Origin: a virus
Virus record (IMG/VR): IMGVR_UViG_3300020391_000003
Coordinates: 64,001-128,000 of that record
Reading direction: 5' to 3' (one strand)
DNA: 64,000 nucleotides
Position numbers and translations under genes: made by a program. Of this stretch, positions 38,918 through 47,376 are shown piece after piece; positions within the stretch are counted from its first letter, which is position 1, and each line of letters opens with the position of its first letter. The notes under the pieces were generated by a model. That model did no database searches. It was not told where the DNA came from and worked only from the letters and a program-made list of their open reading frames with translations.

Positions 38918-39257
38918 ATAAATTTGAGAACAAAACTCAAATAAATAAAATAAATTGATCTTTAACATTTTAAACACTTTGGAAGGGCTTATAATCCTTC
39001 CTGTGGGTGACTGAGCAAGCCTGTGATGAGCGGGCTAAGGTACGCAGATTCCTTGTGGTGAGGTAGCAGAGTCCAATCGGATGAGCTGATGACGAATACC
39101 AAGTCTAATTTGTGGTGCGAAGTAGGAAACACTTGAACTGATGTTCATCCCGAAAAGTCGAGGGTATACAGTAATCCCTTCCCACACTAATTTTCTTAAT
39201 CATACAATCCCTAACCCTGTCCAAGACAAAGAAGAACCTCTTGGATGGGGTTTTTTT
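38918..39257 (+). ncRNA. Candidate structured ncRNA of unknown family (GC-richer core about 38981-39186)
   Basis: Promoter, leader hairpin ATTTGAG/CTCAAAT, boxA-like TGATCTTTAACA, ends of core complementary (GGAAGGG/CCCTTCC), internal hairpins, terminator. Confidence 0.65.
39214..39257 (+). terminator. Rho-independent terminator
   Basis: 13-bp stem ACCCTGTCCAAGA/TCTTGGATGGGGT (two G:U), 12-nt loop, T-run. Confidence 0.75.
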
Positions 39258-39295
39258 GTTTGACAGTCGCATCAAAACCTGGCATAATTATAATC

Positions 39296-39550
39296 ATGAA
39301 CACATTATTACAAATCTTCACGAATTGGGGTTACATTACCGATTCACAACTCAAAGAACTTGTTGAATACTTTCCGCACACGAAAGTGGTTATTCAATGG
39401 GGCAGAATGAAACGCGAGCGTCTTCCAGCATGGGAAGCAATTGAACGCATGGAAAAAGTAGAAGCAGAGGACATTGATTATGTTCGTTCTGTCTTTTTTA
39501 CTTCTCAGGACATGGACAAGCTCAGAGAAGTATTTCACATTGTTCATTAA
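39296..39550 (+). CDS. Hypothetical protein (start corrected)
   Basis: TTGACA(39260)-17-CATAAT, ATG 7 nt later. Confidence 0.65.
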   Translation: MNTLLQIFTNWGYITDSQLKELVEYFPHTKVVIQWGRMKRERLPAWEAIERMEKVEAEDIDYVRSVFFTSQDMDKLREVFHIVH

Positions 39551-39724
39551 TGGAAATCTCAATCATAATAATAATCAGTTTTACAATAGGTATGATAAGA
39601 GCAATAACAGATAATAAACAATAAAATAATAAAAGACAAATACTTAAATACTAAATAATCAAGTTCAAATAATTAAATAAAAATTTAAAGTAAATTGCGT
39701 TCAATAGAATAAGTTAATTGAACG

Positions 39725-39769
39725 AAAAGTTTTGTGCAGCTCGGCCCCCCCTGCAATCGTATTGTGCAA
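39725..39769 (+). repeat. GC-palindrome/ATTGTGCAA element, copy E1
   Basis: AAAAGTT..GGCCCCCCC..TGCAATCGTATTGTGCAA, then TTGACA at 39791. Confidence 0.7.
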
Positions 39770-39824
39770 GAAATTAAATGAATTGTTTTCTTGACATTCA
39801 CATCAATTCTGTCATAATGAAGTA

Positions 39825-40262
39825 ATGATTAAGCGAGACTCCCGATACAAGATAAACTTCAACAAAAAAGTCTTTGTTTACAAAAACCTTCACAAAAACT
39901 GTTGGAGCGTAAAGCAAAGCGGATTAGTCAAAGCTCACGCTCTCGAATTGAATCTTTATGATTGCGTTCTCAAGGTCAGCAAAGCGGGTCAGCAAAGAGT
40001 GCGTAATGAAAAGTGTAAAAATGTTCATGCAGGTGTTAGCGGTTATCTTGAACCATACCACTTAGGATTGTCACACGAAGCAGAACTGAATGATGAAGCA
40101 AGAACATTTCAACGAGCTTGGGAAGGTTTACCAAATTCGCAGATGAGAGAGATTACTTACAATCCTTACAAGTATGACTCATTCGTTCATGCAGATGATC
40201 AAACTCCTCGTTGGTTTGGGTCTTTTGTAAGATTATTAGAAAATCAAGTATTTATTGCTTGA
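39825..40262 (+). CDS. Hypothetical phage protein
   Basis: VFVYKNLHKNCWSVK..KNVHAGVSG pattern. Confidence 0.7.
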   Translation: MIKRDSRYKINFNKKVFVYKNLHKNCWSVKQSGLVKAHALELNLYDCVLKVSKAGQQRVRNEKCKNVHAGVSGYLEPYHLGLSHEAELNDEARTFQRAWEGLPNSQMREITYNPYKYDSFVHADDQTPRWFGSFVRLLENQVFIA

Positions 40263-40293
40263 CTCAAACACCCCCAAATGATAGGATACATTT

Positions 40294-40527
40294 ATGACAC
40301 AATCACAAATTAGAGAAATGATTATTCAACTCACGAAGGGTAATCTCGCATGGGCAGATCCAATGTCTAAAGTTTGCCTTGATCAACACGAACTTCATCC
40401 CAAAAAGTTTCCGCTTGGCAGTACTTTTCAGTCAGCAGAAGAAGTTTTGGATGACATCATTTCAGACTTGACATCTTTCAGAGATGAGCTTAGAATAGAA
40501 TCATCTTTTCAATCAGCACAATTGTAA
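40294..40527 (+). CDS. Hypothetical protein
   Basis: 77 aa ORF. Confidence 0.6.
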   Translation: MTQSQIREMIIQLTKGNLAWADPMSKVCLDQHELHPKKFPLGSTFQSAEEVLDDIISDLTSFRDELRIESSFQSAQL

Positions 40528-40543
40528 ACAAAAGGAAAAAATT

Positions 40544-40954
40544 ATGGGATTAGATCAATACGGATACGCAGTTCCCAAAGAGGAATCTGAAGCTAGAAAC
40601 GAATTAGCTTATTGGCGAAAGCACAACAGGCTACAAGGTTGGATGGAACAACTTTGGAATGACAAAGGCAGACCAAATGCACAAACAGATGGTAATGCCA
40701 TGGGCGACTTTAATTGTGTTGACCTAGAGCTAGATGCCGATGACATTGATGCTTTGGAAGAAGCAATTGAAAATTTCGCTTTGCCCGAAACACAAGGTTT
40801 CTTTTTTGGAGATGATTCCTACCTATGGGAAAGTGAAGATGGCAATCCTTCTTCGGCAAATTATTTTCACAAAGAGCAGGACTTGCAATTCGTTGAAGAA
40901 GCAAGAAAAGCTCTTGACAAAGGCGACAAAGTTGTTTATCATTGTTGGTATTGA
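40544..40954 (+). CDS. Hypothetical phage protein
   Basis: MGLDQY..YWRKHNRLQGWM..FNCV pattern. Confidence 0.7.
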   Translation: MGLDQYGYAVPKEESEARNELAYWRKHNRLQGWMEQLWNDKGRPNAQTDGNAMGDFNCVDLELDADDIDALEEAIENFALPETQGFFFGDDSYLWESEDGNPSSANYFHKEQDLQFVEEARKALDKGDKVVYHCWY

Positions 40955-40956
40955 TT

Positions 40957-41157
40957 ATGAAAGAACTACAAGACATTATTAACGATCTGCAAGCTAGACT
41001 AGCAATAGTTGGTGGAGGCAGAATTATTATTACTAGCGATGATGTTTCAATTAGCTTGGGAGAAGAACACGAAAACTTTGAGGTTCAAGAAAAAAGTAGT
41101 TGTGATTCTCTGACCAATCCCGATGTTGAAATGTACAACCAAATGTGGGGACAATAA
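40957..41157 (+). CDS. Hypothetical protein
   Basis: ATG 2 nt after upstream stop. Confidence 0.5.
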   Translation: MKELQDIINDLQARLAIVGGGRIIITSDDVSISLGEEHENFEVQEKSSCDSLTNPDVEMYNQMWGQ

Positions 41158-41158
41158 A

Positions 41159-41374
41159 ATGAACAATTACATTGATGCAATTTGCGAAGGACAACCTCTT
41201 GAGTTACCATCTTATGATCAAGACTCCGACATGTGGAGCCTTTGGTTTGAAGAATCAGATACTCCTTGGCATCCTTACTTTCAAAAAGATTTAATCGAGG
41301 TTCATTTCGAATCTCAAGCGGAAGCAGAAAGTGCTTATCACCATTACTCACAACCTAACGAAGGGATTTCATGA
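41159..41374 (+). CDS. Acidic hypothetical protein
   Basis: ATG 1 nt after upstream stop. Confidence 0.55.
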   Translation: MNNYIDAICEGQPLELPSYDQDSDMWSLWFEESDTPWHPYFQKDLIEVHFESQAEAESAYHHYSQPNEGIS

Positions 41375-41533
41375 ACAAGTCTAGAATCGAAAGATTAAGA
41401 ATGCAAGTTCGCGAAATAGGCCACAAGCTAGCAATCACTGAGAAACGTGGACTGCAAGGCAAGGACCATTTCGCTCAAAAAATTGCGCACGGTTTATTAT
41501 TGGACCAATTGTACAAGTTGGAAAAAAGAGTCT

Positions 41534-41593
41534 AAAAGTTGACCTATTCGCGGGCGGGGGCCCCCCGCTAACCTATCCGGTTTTATTGTTGCA
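41534..41593 (+). repeat. GC-palindrome element, copy E2
   Basis: AAAAGTTGACC..GCGGGGGCCCCCCGC..ATTGTTGCA, then TTGACA at 41620. Confidence 0.75.
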
Positions 41594-41655
41594 TAATTCA
41601 ACTAAATGCAAAAAAGGTGTTGACAGGATCGCTCTTTTACTTCATAATTATACTT

Positions 41656-41832
41656 ATGAAAACAATTGATTGCACACCAACATGGAAAACAGCAGTAAGA
41701 ATTTTGACCGAAGTTCTTAAAAACCCAAAAGCCGGACACGCAGACAAGTCCAATGCCACAAACGAATTGCTTAGGCTTGCAGAGATTGTGGACAAACAAA
41801 ATGCACTTAATCGCAAAAAAAAGCTTGACTAA
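41656..41832 (+). CDS. Small hypothetical protein (start corrected)
   Basis: TTGACA(41620)-17-CATAAT, ATG 7 nt later. Confidence 0.6.
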   Translation: MKTIDCTPTWKTAVRILTEVLKNPKAGHADKSNATNELLRLAEIVDKQNALNRKKKLD

Positions 41833-41892
41833 CACTAAAAAATTTCGTATAATTAAAGCTTCAAAGACAATAACTCAAACCTTAAAAAAAGT

Positions 41893-42645
41893 ATGAATAA
41901 CAGAATTAATCTCTCAGTATGTGCCACAAAAGAATCTTCTTTCGAGGATGTCAAAGCAGTTGCCACTCCTCAAGCAACAGATTCATGGCAACCAATCAGT
42001 CACTCGTTTCTTGTGGATCGAGTTCAAAACCAAATGCAAGACAATGGTTGGGAAATCGTTAACACTTATCATTCTCTTCATCGTTATGGTCAGCGTTACT
42101 TTGGCTTGTTCCATGTTAAGAACACAGGCGTTGACAATGACGAGCGTGGAACTATTGTAGGACTTCGCAACTCGCATGACAAATGCTTTCCTGCAGGTCT
42201 TTGCATGGGCAATGCTCCATTTGTTTGCTCAAACCTTATTTTCACAAACGAGGTTGTTCTTGCTCGCAGACACACCAAAAACATTTTGAATGACTTGTCT
42301 CAAGTTATTGCTCGCACTCTTGGCAAAATGACTGAGACTTGGGCAAGCGATGAGCAACGCATTCAAGCTTACAAGCAGTACGAGCTTGGCAACGAGCAAG
42401 CTCATGACCTTGTGATTCGTGCGTATCAAAATGGTGCAATCAGCAAAGCTAAGATTGCAGATGTTGTTGAGCAATGGCACAAGCCCGAACACGATGACTT
42501 CTCTGAGAGAACCATGCACTCTCTTTACAATGGTTTCACTCACATTCTCAAAGGTGGTATTACCGCATTGCCAAATCGTTCTGTCGCACTTCATGGAGTT
42601 CTTGACTCCGAAGTTGGCTTGACCTCGCAAGTATCAGTTTCTTAA
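41893..42645 (+). CDS. DUF932-like protein
   Basis: WQPISH, IVGLRNSHDK, PFVCSNLIF, RRHT, LYNGFT pattern. Confidence 0.7.
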   Translation: MNNRINLSVCATKESSFEDVKAVATPQATDSWQPISHSFLVDRVQNQMQDNGWEIVNTYHSLHRYGQRYFGLFHVKNTGVDNDERGTIVGLRNSHDKCFPAGLCMGNAPFVCSNLIFTNEVVLARRHTKNILNDLSQVIARTLGKMTETWASDEQRIQAYKQYELGNEQAHDLVIRAYQNGAISKAKIADVVEQWHKPEHDDFSERTMHSLYNGFTHILKGGITALPNRSVALHGVLDSEVGLTSQVSVS

Positions 42646-42676
42646 TCTCAAACCTAAACCTAAACTTAAAATTATT

Positions 42677-42907
42677 ATGAGCATAGAACCAAAACTCCAA
42701 AATGTAGTTGACTCTCTCAAGGGTCGTTTCGTTTCCCTTCTTGTCAAAAAAGGCGAGCAAAGGAAAGTGTATTCCGCTAAGGTCATTAATGTCACACCTC
42801 GCAATGTGATGTTTCAAGACACCAATGGTGGAAATCGTCGGATCAATCGTCGCCATGTGCTTCGAGCCACTTGCTCAAACAAGACTTTCAAAAGGTCGGT
42901 GAGTTAA
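42677..42907 (+). CDS. Hypothetical protein
   Basis: 76 aa beta-rich ORF. Confidence 0.6.
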   Translation: MSIEPKLQNVVDSLKGRFVSLLVKKGEQRKVYSAKVINVTPRNVMFQDTNGGNRRINRRHVLRATCSNKTFKRSVS

Positions 42908-42911
42908 TTGG

Positions 42912-42960
42912 TTGCTCCAAATATGGAGTAAATTGCTCCAAATACGGAGCCAAATATGAG
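42912..42960 (+). repeat. Tandem mini-hairpin repeat TTGCTCCAAATAYGGAG x2 plus a partial third copy
   Basis: Copies at 42912-42928 and 42933-42949, each CTCC/GGAG. Confidence 0.75.
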
Positions 42961-42984
42961 CCTCCCTTCGGGGAGGCTTTTTTT
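42959..42984 (+). terminator. Rho-independent terminator
   Basis: AGCCTCCC-TTCG-GGGAGGCT followed by T-run. Confidence 0.92.
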
Positions 42985-43020
42985 GCGGACATCAACTGAC
43001 TGATTCAATTGCATTATAGC

Positions 43021-43060
43021 ACTATCAGGGCAGGGGGCCCCCGGCGATAGAATTGTGCAA
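43021..43060 (+). repeat. GC-palindrome/ATTGTGCAA element, copy E3
   Basis: CTATC..GGGGGCCCCC..GATAG-AATTGTGCAA, then TTGACT at 43082. Confidence 0.75.
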
Positions 43061-43116
43061 AAACTTAGTTGAATTTTAGACTTGACTTTGCAAGTTAATC
43101 TGTCATAATTGTAACC

Positions 43117-43857
43117 ATGATTAAGACAACTCTACTCACATCAGGTAATCAAAAAATTCTCAAAGGCGAGAAGATGGGTTACATCACCAAAGGAATTCAT
43201 CTTGCACCAGCAAATCTTGCAGGCTACGAAGTTTGCCAATGGCGTTCCAAAGGATGCACGGCATCTTGTCTCAACACAGCAGGTCGTGGACAAATGAATT
43301 CTGTTCAGCAATCACGCATTGCCAAGACAAAGTTATTTTTTGAAGAACGCAAAGAGTTTATGATTAAGCTTTGTAAAGAGATTGCAAGCACCATCAAGTC
43401 GGCACAGAAAAAGCGTATGCAAGCTGTTTTTCGTCTTAACCTTACGAGCGACATTAAATGGGAAGATGTGTTCATGAAAGATCCGGATTACAACATTTTC
43501 GAGTATTTTTACGCAATTCAATTTTACGATTACACCAAGTCTTTCAAAAGAATGTGTGCTTTTCTAGACAAGCCTTTTGCCAAGGATGAACCAAAATTTC
43601 CTTCCAATTATCATTTAACTTTTTCTCGCTCAGAACACAACGACAAAAAGTGTGAGATGGTTCTTGCAATGGGTGGTAATGTTGCGGTAGTATTTCGTAA
43701 TCAGTTGCCCAAAACTTGGAAAGGTTACGAAGTTGTTAATGGTGATGAAACTGATTTACGCTTCCTTGACAAGCGTGGCGTTGTTGTCGGGCTTATCGAA
43801 AAAGGCATGGCAAAGAAAGATCAAACAGGTTTTGTTCAGGAAGGAATTGACTCTTGA
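43117..43857 (+). CDS. Gp88-like phage protein (Cys-rich)
   Basis: LAPA..VC..GC..CLNTAGRG, RLNLTSDI, FYDYTK, YHLTFSRSE, GDETDLRFLD..VVGL. Confidence 0.7.
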   Translation: MIKTTLLTSGNQKILKGEKMGYITKGIHLAPANLAGYEVCQWRSKGCTASCLNTAGRGQMNSVQQSRIAKTKLFFEERKEFMIKLCKEIASTIKSAQKKRMQAVFRLNLTSDIKWEDVFMKDPDYNIFEYFYAIQFYDYTKSFKRMCAFLDKPFAKDEPKFPSNYHLTFSRSEHNDKKCEMVLAMGGNVAVVFRNQLPKTWKGYEVVNGDETDLRFLDKRGVVVGLIEKGMAKKDQTGFVQEGIDS

Positions 43858-43888
43858 CATTTGAATTAAACTCAACTATTATTAAAAC

Positions 43889-44050
43889 ATGGATTATTAC
43901 GAATCAGCCGAAGGAGAAATCATTTCAAAAGCTCGTGCCTTGAAAGAATTAGAAGATCATTGTTGCGAAGACATCGAGCAATTTTTTGATGATTTAGGAG
44001 ATCACGAAGAGTATGATGCCCAAAAAGTTTTGGCATGGTTGGGTTATTAA
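43889..44050 (+). CDS. Small acidic protein (53 aa, not in track)
   Basis: TTGACA(43854)-17-TATTAT, ATG 6 nt later. Confidence 0.6.
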   Translation: MDYYESAEGEIISKARALKELEDHCCEDIEQFFDDLGDHEEYDAQKVLAWLGY

Positions 44051-44098
44051 TTTTAATTTAAGTGTTGACAAACAAACTCAATCTGTCATAATTAAATC

Positions 44099-44221
44099 AT
44101 GAAAGCAACCAAAGTCAAAGTAAGAATCCCGATGATTTTTACCAAGTCAAGACCTCACAAAGTCAAAGCTAGAACTTTGCACCGAAAACTAAAACACAAG
44201 GAAAAACTATGCGATTACTAG
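44099..44221 (+). CDS. Basic microprotein (40 aa, not in track)
   Basis: MKATKVKVRIPMIFTKSRPHKVKARTLHRKLKHKEKLCDY; own promoter. Confidence 0.6.
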   Translation: MKATKVKVRIPMIFTKSRPHKVKARTLHRKLKHKEKLCDY

Positions 44222-44451
44222 AAAACGAAAGCCTCGGCAAGCCCGAACAAAATGCTGATACGATTATGCAAATTTGCCTTGATCTTATTCACGATGTTTT
44301 GATTGCTCCTGCAAGAGCAAACGATACTCTTAGCCAAGAGCAAGAAGAAATTTTGAATGAAACTAGAAGCGTTCTTCTGATCATCGCAGACAAGGCAAGA
44401 ACTTACGAAAGAATATTTGAGGAAGGAGACAATGCAAGCCTCAAAAACTAA
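44209..44451 (+). CDS. Hypothetical protein
   Basis: 80 aa ORF. Confidence 0.55.
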   Translation: MRLLENESLGKPEQNADTIMQICLDLIHDVLIAPARANDTLSQEQEEILNETRSVLLIIADKARTYERIFEEGDNASLKN

Positions 44452-44641
44452 TAAATTCCTTATCACAAAAAGCAAAGACGGATGCGTAGTCGCAATCTCA
44501 GCAGACAAAAAGACTAGTCCGACAGATGTTTTTATTGGACAAACAACCATGCAAAAGAACATCAAGAATGGCACATTCGTCAAGCACTCAACCTTAACCT
44601 TTAACGACAAACCTCTTTATGTTTATTCTCAAGACCTTTAA
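44432..44641 (+). CDS. Hypothetical protein
   Basis: AGGAG upstream of ATG 44432. Confidence 0.5.
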   Translation: MQASKTNKFLITKSKDGCVVAISADKKTSPTDVFIGQTTMQKNIKNGTFVKHSTLTFNDKPLYVYSQDL

Positions 44642-44963
44642 TGATTTAAATTTTCAGCCTCACGCTCACGCAAAAGACATGGGCGTTCAAGCATCCATGA
44701 CTTTCGACAATGGGTATTCTATTAGTGTTGTCGCAAATGACGAAGGAGGCGATTGCTTTTACGGCAATCATCCCGACACTTACGAAGTTGCCGTCTTCAA
44801 TCAGCGTGGTGATTTTGTGCCATTACAACCTCACGATGATGTTCTGGGCTGGCAAGACTCTTTGCAAGTATCCAAGTTGATGTCTCAATTTCAGCAAGAT
44901 GGACTGCAACAAGAAAAACTTTTGCGTTCAATTAAAGATGAGGAGCAAAAGTCTCTGTTTTAA
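44619..44963 (+). CDS. Hypothetical phage protein
   Basis: FDNGYSISVV..YEVAV..DVLGW pattern. Confidence 0.65.
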   Translation: MFILKTFNDLNFQPHAHAKDMGVQASMTFDNGYSISVVANDEGGDCFYGNHPDTYEVAVFNQRGDFVPLQPHDDVLGWQDSLQVSKLMSQFQQDGLQQEKLLRSIKDEEQKSLF

Positions 44964-45007
44964 ATACAATAGTCAAATACAATTGCCAAATACACAAATA
45001 CAAATAC
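44962..45007 (+). repeat. Five AAATAC copies at the point where transcription converges
   Basis: Copies at 44962, 44975, 44988, 44996, 45002. Confidence 0.6.
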
Positions 45008-45040
45008 AGTTATTGACAGCTGTATAATTGACCAATTTTA

Positions 45041-45089
45041 TTGCACAATCCGTCTGCGGGGGGCCCCCCGATCAGATCGGTCAACTTTT
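45041..45089 (-). repeat. GC-palindrome/ATTGTGCAA element, copy E4
   Basis: TTGCACAAT 45041, perfect palindrome CGGGGGGCCCCCCG 45057-45070, AACTTTT 45083. Confidence 0.8.
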
Positions 45090-45256
45090 TGATCGTTTAG
45101 TTAAAAAAGCGGAGCGAGTGCCAAGAACATTAAGGTAGGCGGTAGTATTATGCAACTTATTTCGAAGATTGTCATTGACTTATTCTCCTTTATCTGTGAC
45201 CGCTCTGATCATGCCGATTGTGAACGATACAACTAAGATTATGGTTAATTCCACAA

Positions 45257-45547
45257 TTATTGATCTTCGAAGATTTCACGCATCGAACCACTTATGCAAT
45301 TCATGTCTGTGAGGTTTTCGTCATTGTCGAAGTCTTCATCTTCTTCAGCTTCGACTGCATCGAGAGAAACGAATTCGTCCTCGACATCGTTTTGATTTGC
45401 TTCGAGCAAACCATGTTCAATGACCAAGTCCTCGGCAAGCTTTTCAGCTTTGAGGTCTTCCATGTAATTTGCAAGTCTTGGATCGAGCTTGTTGTCGCTT
45501 TGAGCGACTGCGTTTGCGATGATTGCGAGTCTTTGTGATTCTGTCAT
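45257..45547 (-). CDS. Acidic hypothetical protein
   Basis: Own minus-strand promoter TTGACA-16-TATAAT, ATG 7 nt later. Confidence 0.65.
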   Translation of the reverse strand: MTESQRLAIIANAVAQSDNKLDPRLANYMEDLKAEKLAEDLVIEHGLLEANQNDVEDEFVSLDAVEAEEDEDFDNDENLTDMNCISGSMREIFEDQ

Positions 45548-45783
45548 GGTGTTAATTATAAGGATTTTAAGTAATGTGTCAAGCTTTAAGATTGAGAAAC
45601 TAGATCGAAAAGCATTTGAGCTTTTTGATTCTCGACAATTTCATCGAGTTCAATTTGAGCAGAGATTACAAGCTGTTGGCTTGAAATGCAACCTGCTTCG
45701 GCAAGTGGAGTGTGAAGGCGAATTATTTCTTTGAGTTCTGTGATTTTTTCCATGATTCTATTCTAAGGATTAAAGGTTAAAGG

Positions 45784-45996
45784 TCAAGAAAAAAGATAAG
45801 GAAATTCTTCTTCATCAAAAAGCCCCAAAGCCTCAAAATCGTGTCTTTGAATCTCTTGCGTGAGCTTTGCGATCTCGTCTTGCAAGTGTTGCACATGAGC
45901 GGCACGAATCGAGCGAGTCGATTCCTTGCGTGAGCGATTGAGTTTATCTTGCCACCAAGCAAGATCTTTTTGGAGTTTTTCTAATTTCTTAATCAT
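45784..45996 (-). CDS. Coiled-coil hypothetical protein
   Basis: 70 aa ORF. Confidence 0.55.
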   Translation of the reverse strand: MIKKLEKLQKDLAWWQDKLNRSRKESTRSIRAAHVQHLQDEIAKLTQEIQRHDFEALGLFDEEEFPYLFS

Positions 45997-46015
45997 ATCT
46001 ACAAAAGGTTAAAGG

Positions 46016-46198
46016 TTAAGCAAAAAAAGGATGGATCTCAATTTGCCAAGGCATGAAGTTAAACCGATATTGAGAGCGGTACAACCTGCAAGTAATTAAC
46101 TTGCCAAGGCTATCTTTGCGGGCAAAGCCCACGACTTGAAAGGTTTTACCCTTGTGAACGCCATACTTGACGCGAACGACATCTTTTAATTTGAACAT
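46016..46198 (-). CDS. Small KOW/SH3-like protein
   Basis: FKLKDVVRVKYGVHKGKTFQVVG pattern. Confidence 0.55.
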   Translation of the reverse strand: MFKLKDVVRVKYGVHKGKTFQVVGFARKDSLGKLITCRLYRSQYRFNFMPWQIEIHPFFA

Positions 46199-46233
46199 AA
46201 TTTAAAGTAACATAGTTAAAGAGAAAAAGCAAA

Positions 46234-46422
46234 TTATTTTTTGCAGTTATTTATCATTGCCAAGCTGTCTTGAGCTTTCCATTCGTCAAGCCAAGCTTTA
46301 TTCTTTGCCAAAAGATCCCGGGCAATGCTGACCATTTCGGAATCGGTATCGTAGGCGATGATCTCCCGAAGGATTACCATCTCGGCTTTAACTTTTGAAG
46401 TGAGGCTAACTGATTTATTCAT
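46234..46422 (-). CDS. Hypothetical protein
   Basis: 62 aa ORF. Confidence 0.55.
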   Translation of the reverse strand: MNKSVSLTSKVKAEMVILREIIAYDTDSEMVSIARDLLAKNKAWLDEWKAQDSLAMINNCKK

Positions 46423-46540
46423 AAGTATAACATAGCAAAAAAAACCGAAAAAAGCGAGAAAAAAAACGCTATTATTTGCGTTTGTAGCGTAGCTTATAAG
46501 CTTATAAGCCGGACTTAAGATGTACTATTCGATTGCCTTA

Positions 46541-46589
46541 TTGCACAATCCGGCCTCCGGGGGGCCCCCGATAGAATCGGGTAACTTTT
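46541..46589 (-). repeat. GC-palindrome/ATTGTGCAA element, copy E5
   Basis: TTGCACAAT 46541, CGGGGGGCCCCCG, AACTTTT 46583. Confidence 0.8.
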
Positions 46590-47205
46590 AAGCTATTTGA
46601 GGCAATTCAGACATTCTGGCTCTTAACGAAACTTGTCTTGCCTCCTTCTGCCATCTTTGTTTACTATTGCTCCATCTTTTTTCTCTTGAAGTATTGTTTA
46701 ATGAAAAAGTGCCATGGTGCATTTTATTAATCGAACTGCAAAGCTCTCTCGTTTCGCCTAGTGAAAAGGCTCTATTTTTAACATACTGAGATGCTTGACT
46801 CCAAATTGTTTTCATTTTTTGAATTTCTTTATTTACTTTTATTTTGAAAAATTGAACATCAACCAAATTGTTTGGATCGCCATCATGAAAACCAACAACA
46901 ACAACCAATCCTTTTTTGAAGGATTTTAATTTTCTTTCTACATCTCCAAGACTAATGAAAGCGTTTTTAATGTTGTAGTATTTTACTTCCCAATTTCCTT
47001 GCAGTTCTTCGGGAACATTGCCTTGAGCCACAATCTCGGCAGGAAAATCAACTTCTGCATTATGTTGTTCGTACTTTGGAAAATTGAATTGTTCGGCAAG
47101 GAAGTTCTCGAAAGCTTTTCCGTGCTTACCTTTTTGCTTATTGTGAGCTTTTATATTTCTGATATGTTTTCTGATCTTTGAGTAGTTTTTTTGAAGCAAT
47201 TTCAT
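46588..47205 (-). CDS. Restriction-endonuclease-like PD-(D/E)XK protein
   Basis: GKAFE..EVDF..WEVKY arrangement. Confidence 0.5.
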   Translation of the reverse strand: MKLLQKNYSKIRKHIRNIKAHNKQKGKHGKAFENFLAEQFNFPKYEQHNAEVDFPAEIVAQGNVPEELQGNWEVKYYNIKNAFISLGDVERKLKSFKKGLVVVVGFHDGDPNNLVDVQFFKIKVNKEIQKMKTIWSQASQYVKNRAFSLGETRELCSSINKMHHGTFSLNNTSREKRWSNSKQRWQKEARQVSLRARMSELPQIA

Positions 47206-47376
47206 AATTTTTTAGTTTTAGCAATTTTGATTTATAGTTTATAGATTAAATATTTTTTACATAATGTCAATAGTTTTCTTCAGAAAAGATTGATTTCCAC
47301 ATGATGTAAAAAACAAAAGACCAAGGCAGTACAAGAAACAGGATATCATAATTCATGATTTATTTTGGTTGAGTTA

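Noticed and set aside
39086-39130. CTGATGA...GAAAC as a hammerhead ribozyme core
   Set aside because: The stem after CTGATGA closes onto AAGTAG rather than directly onto GAAA, and stems I/III with an NUH site could not be built
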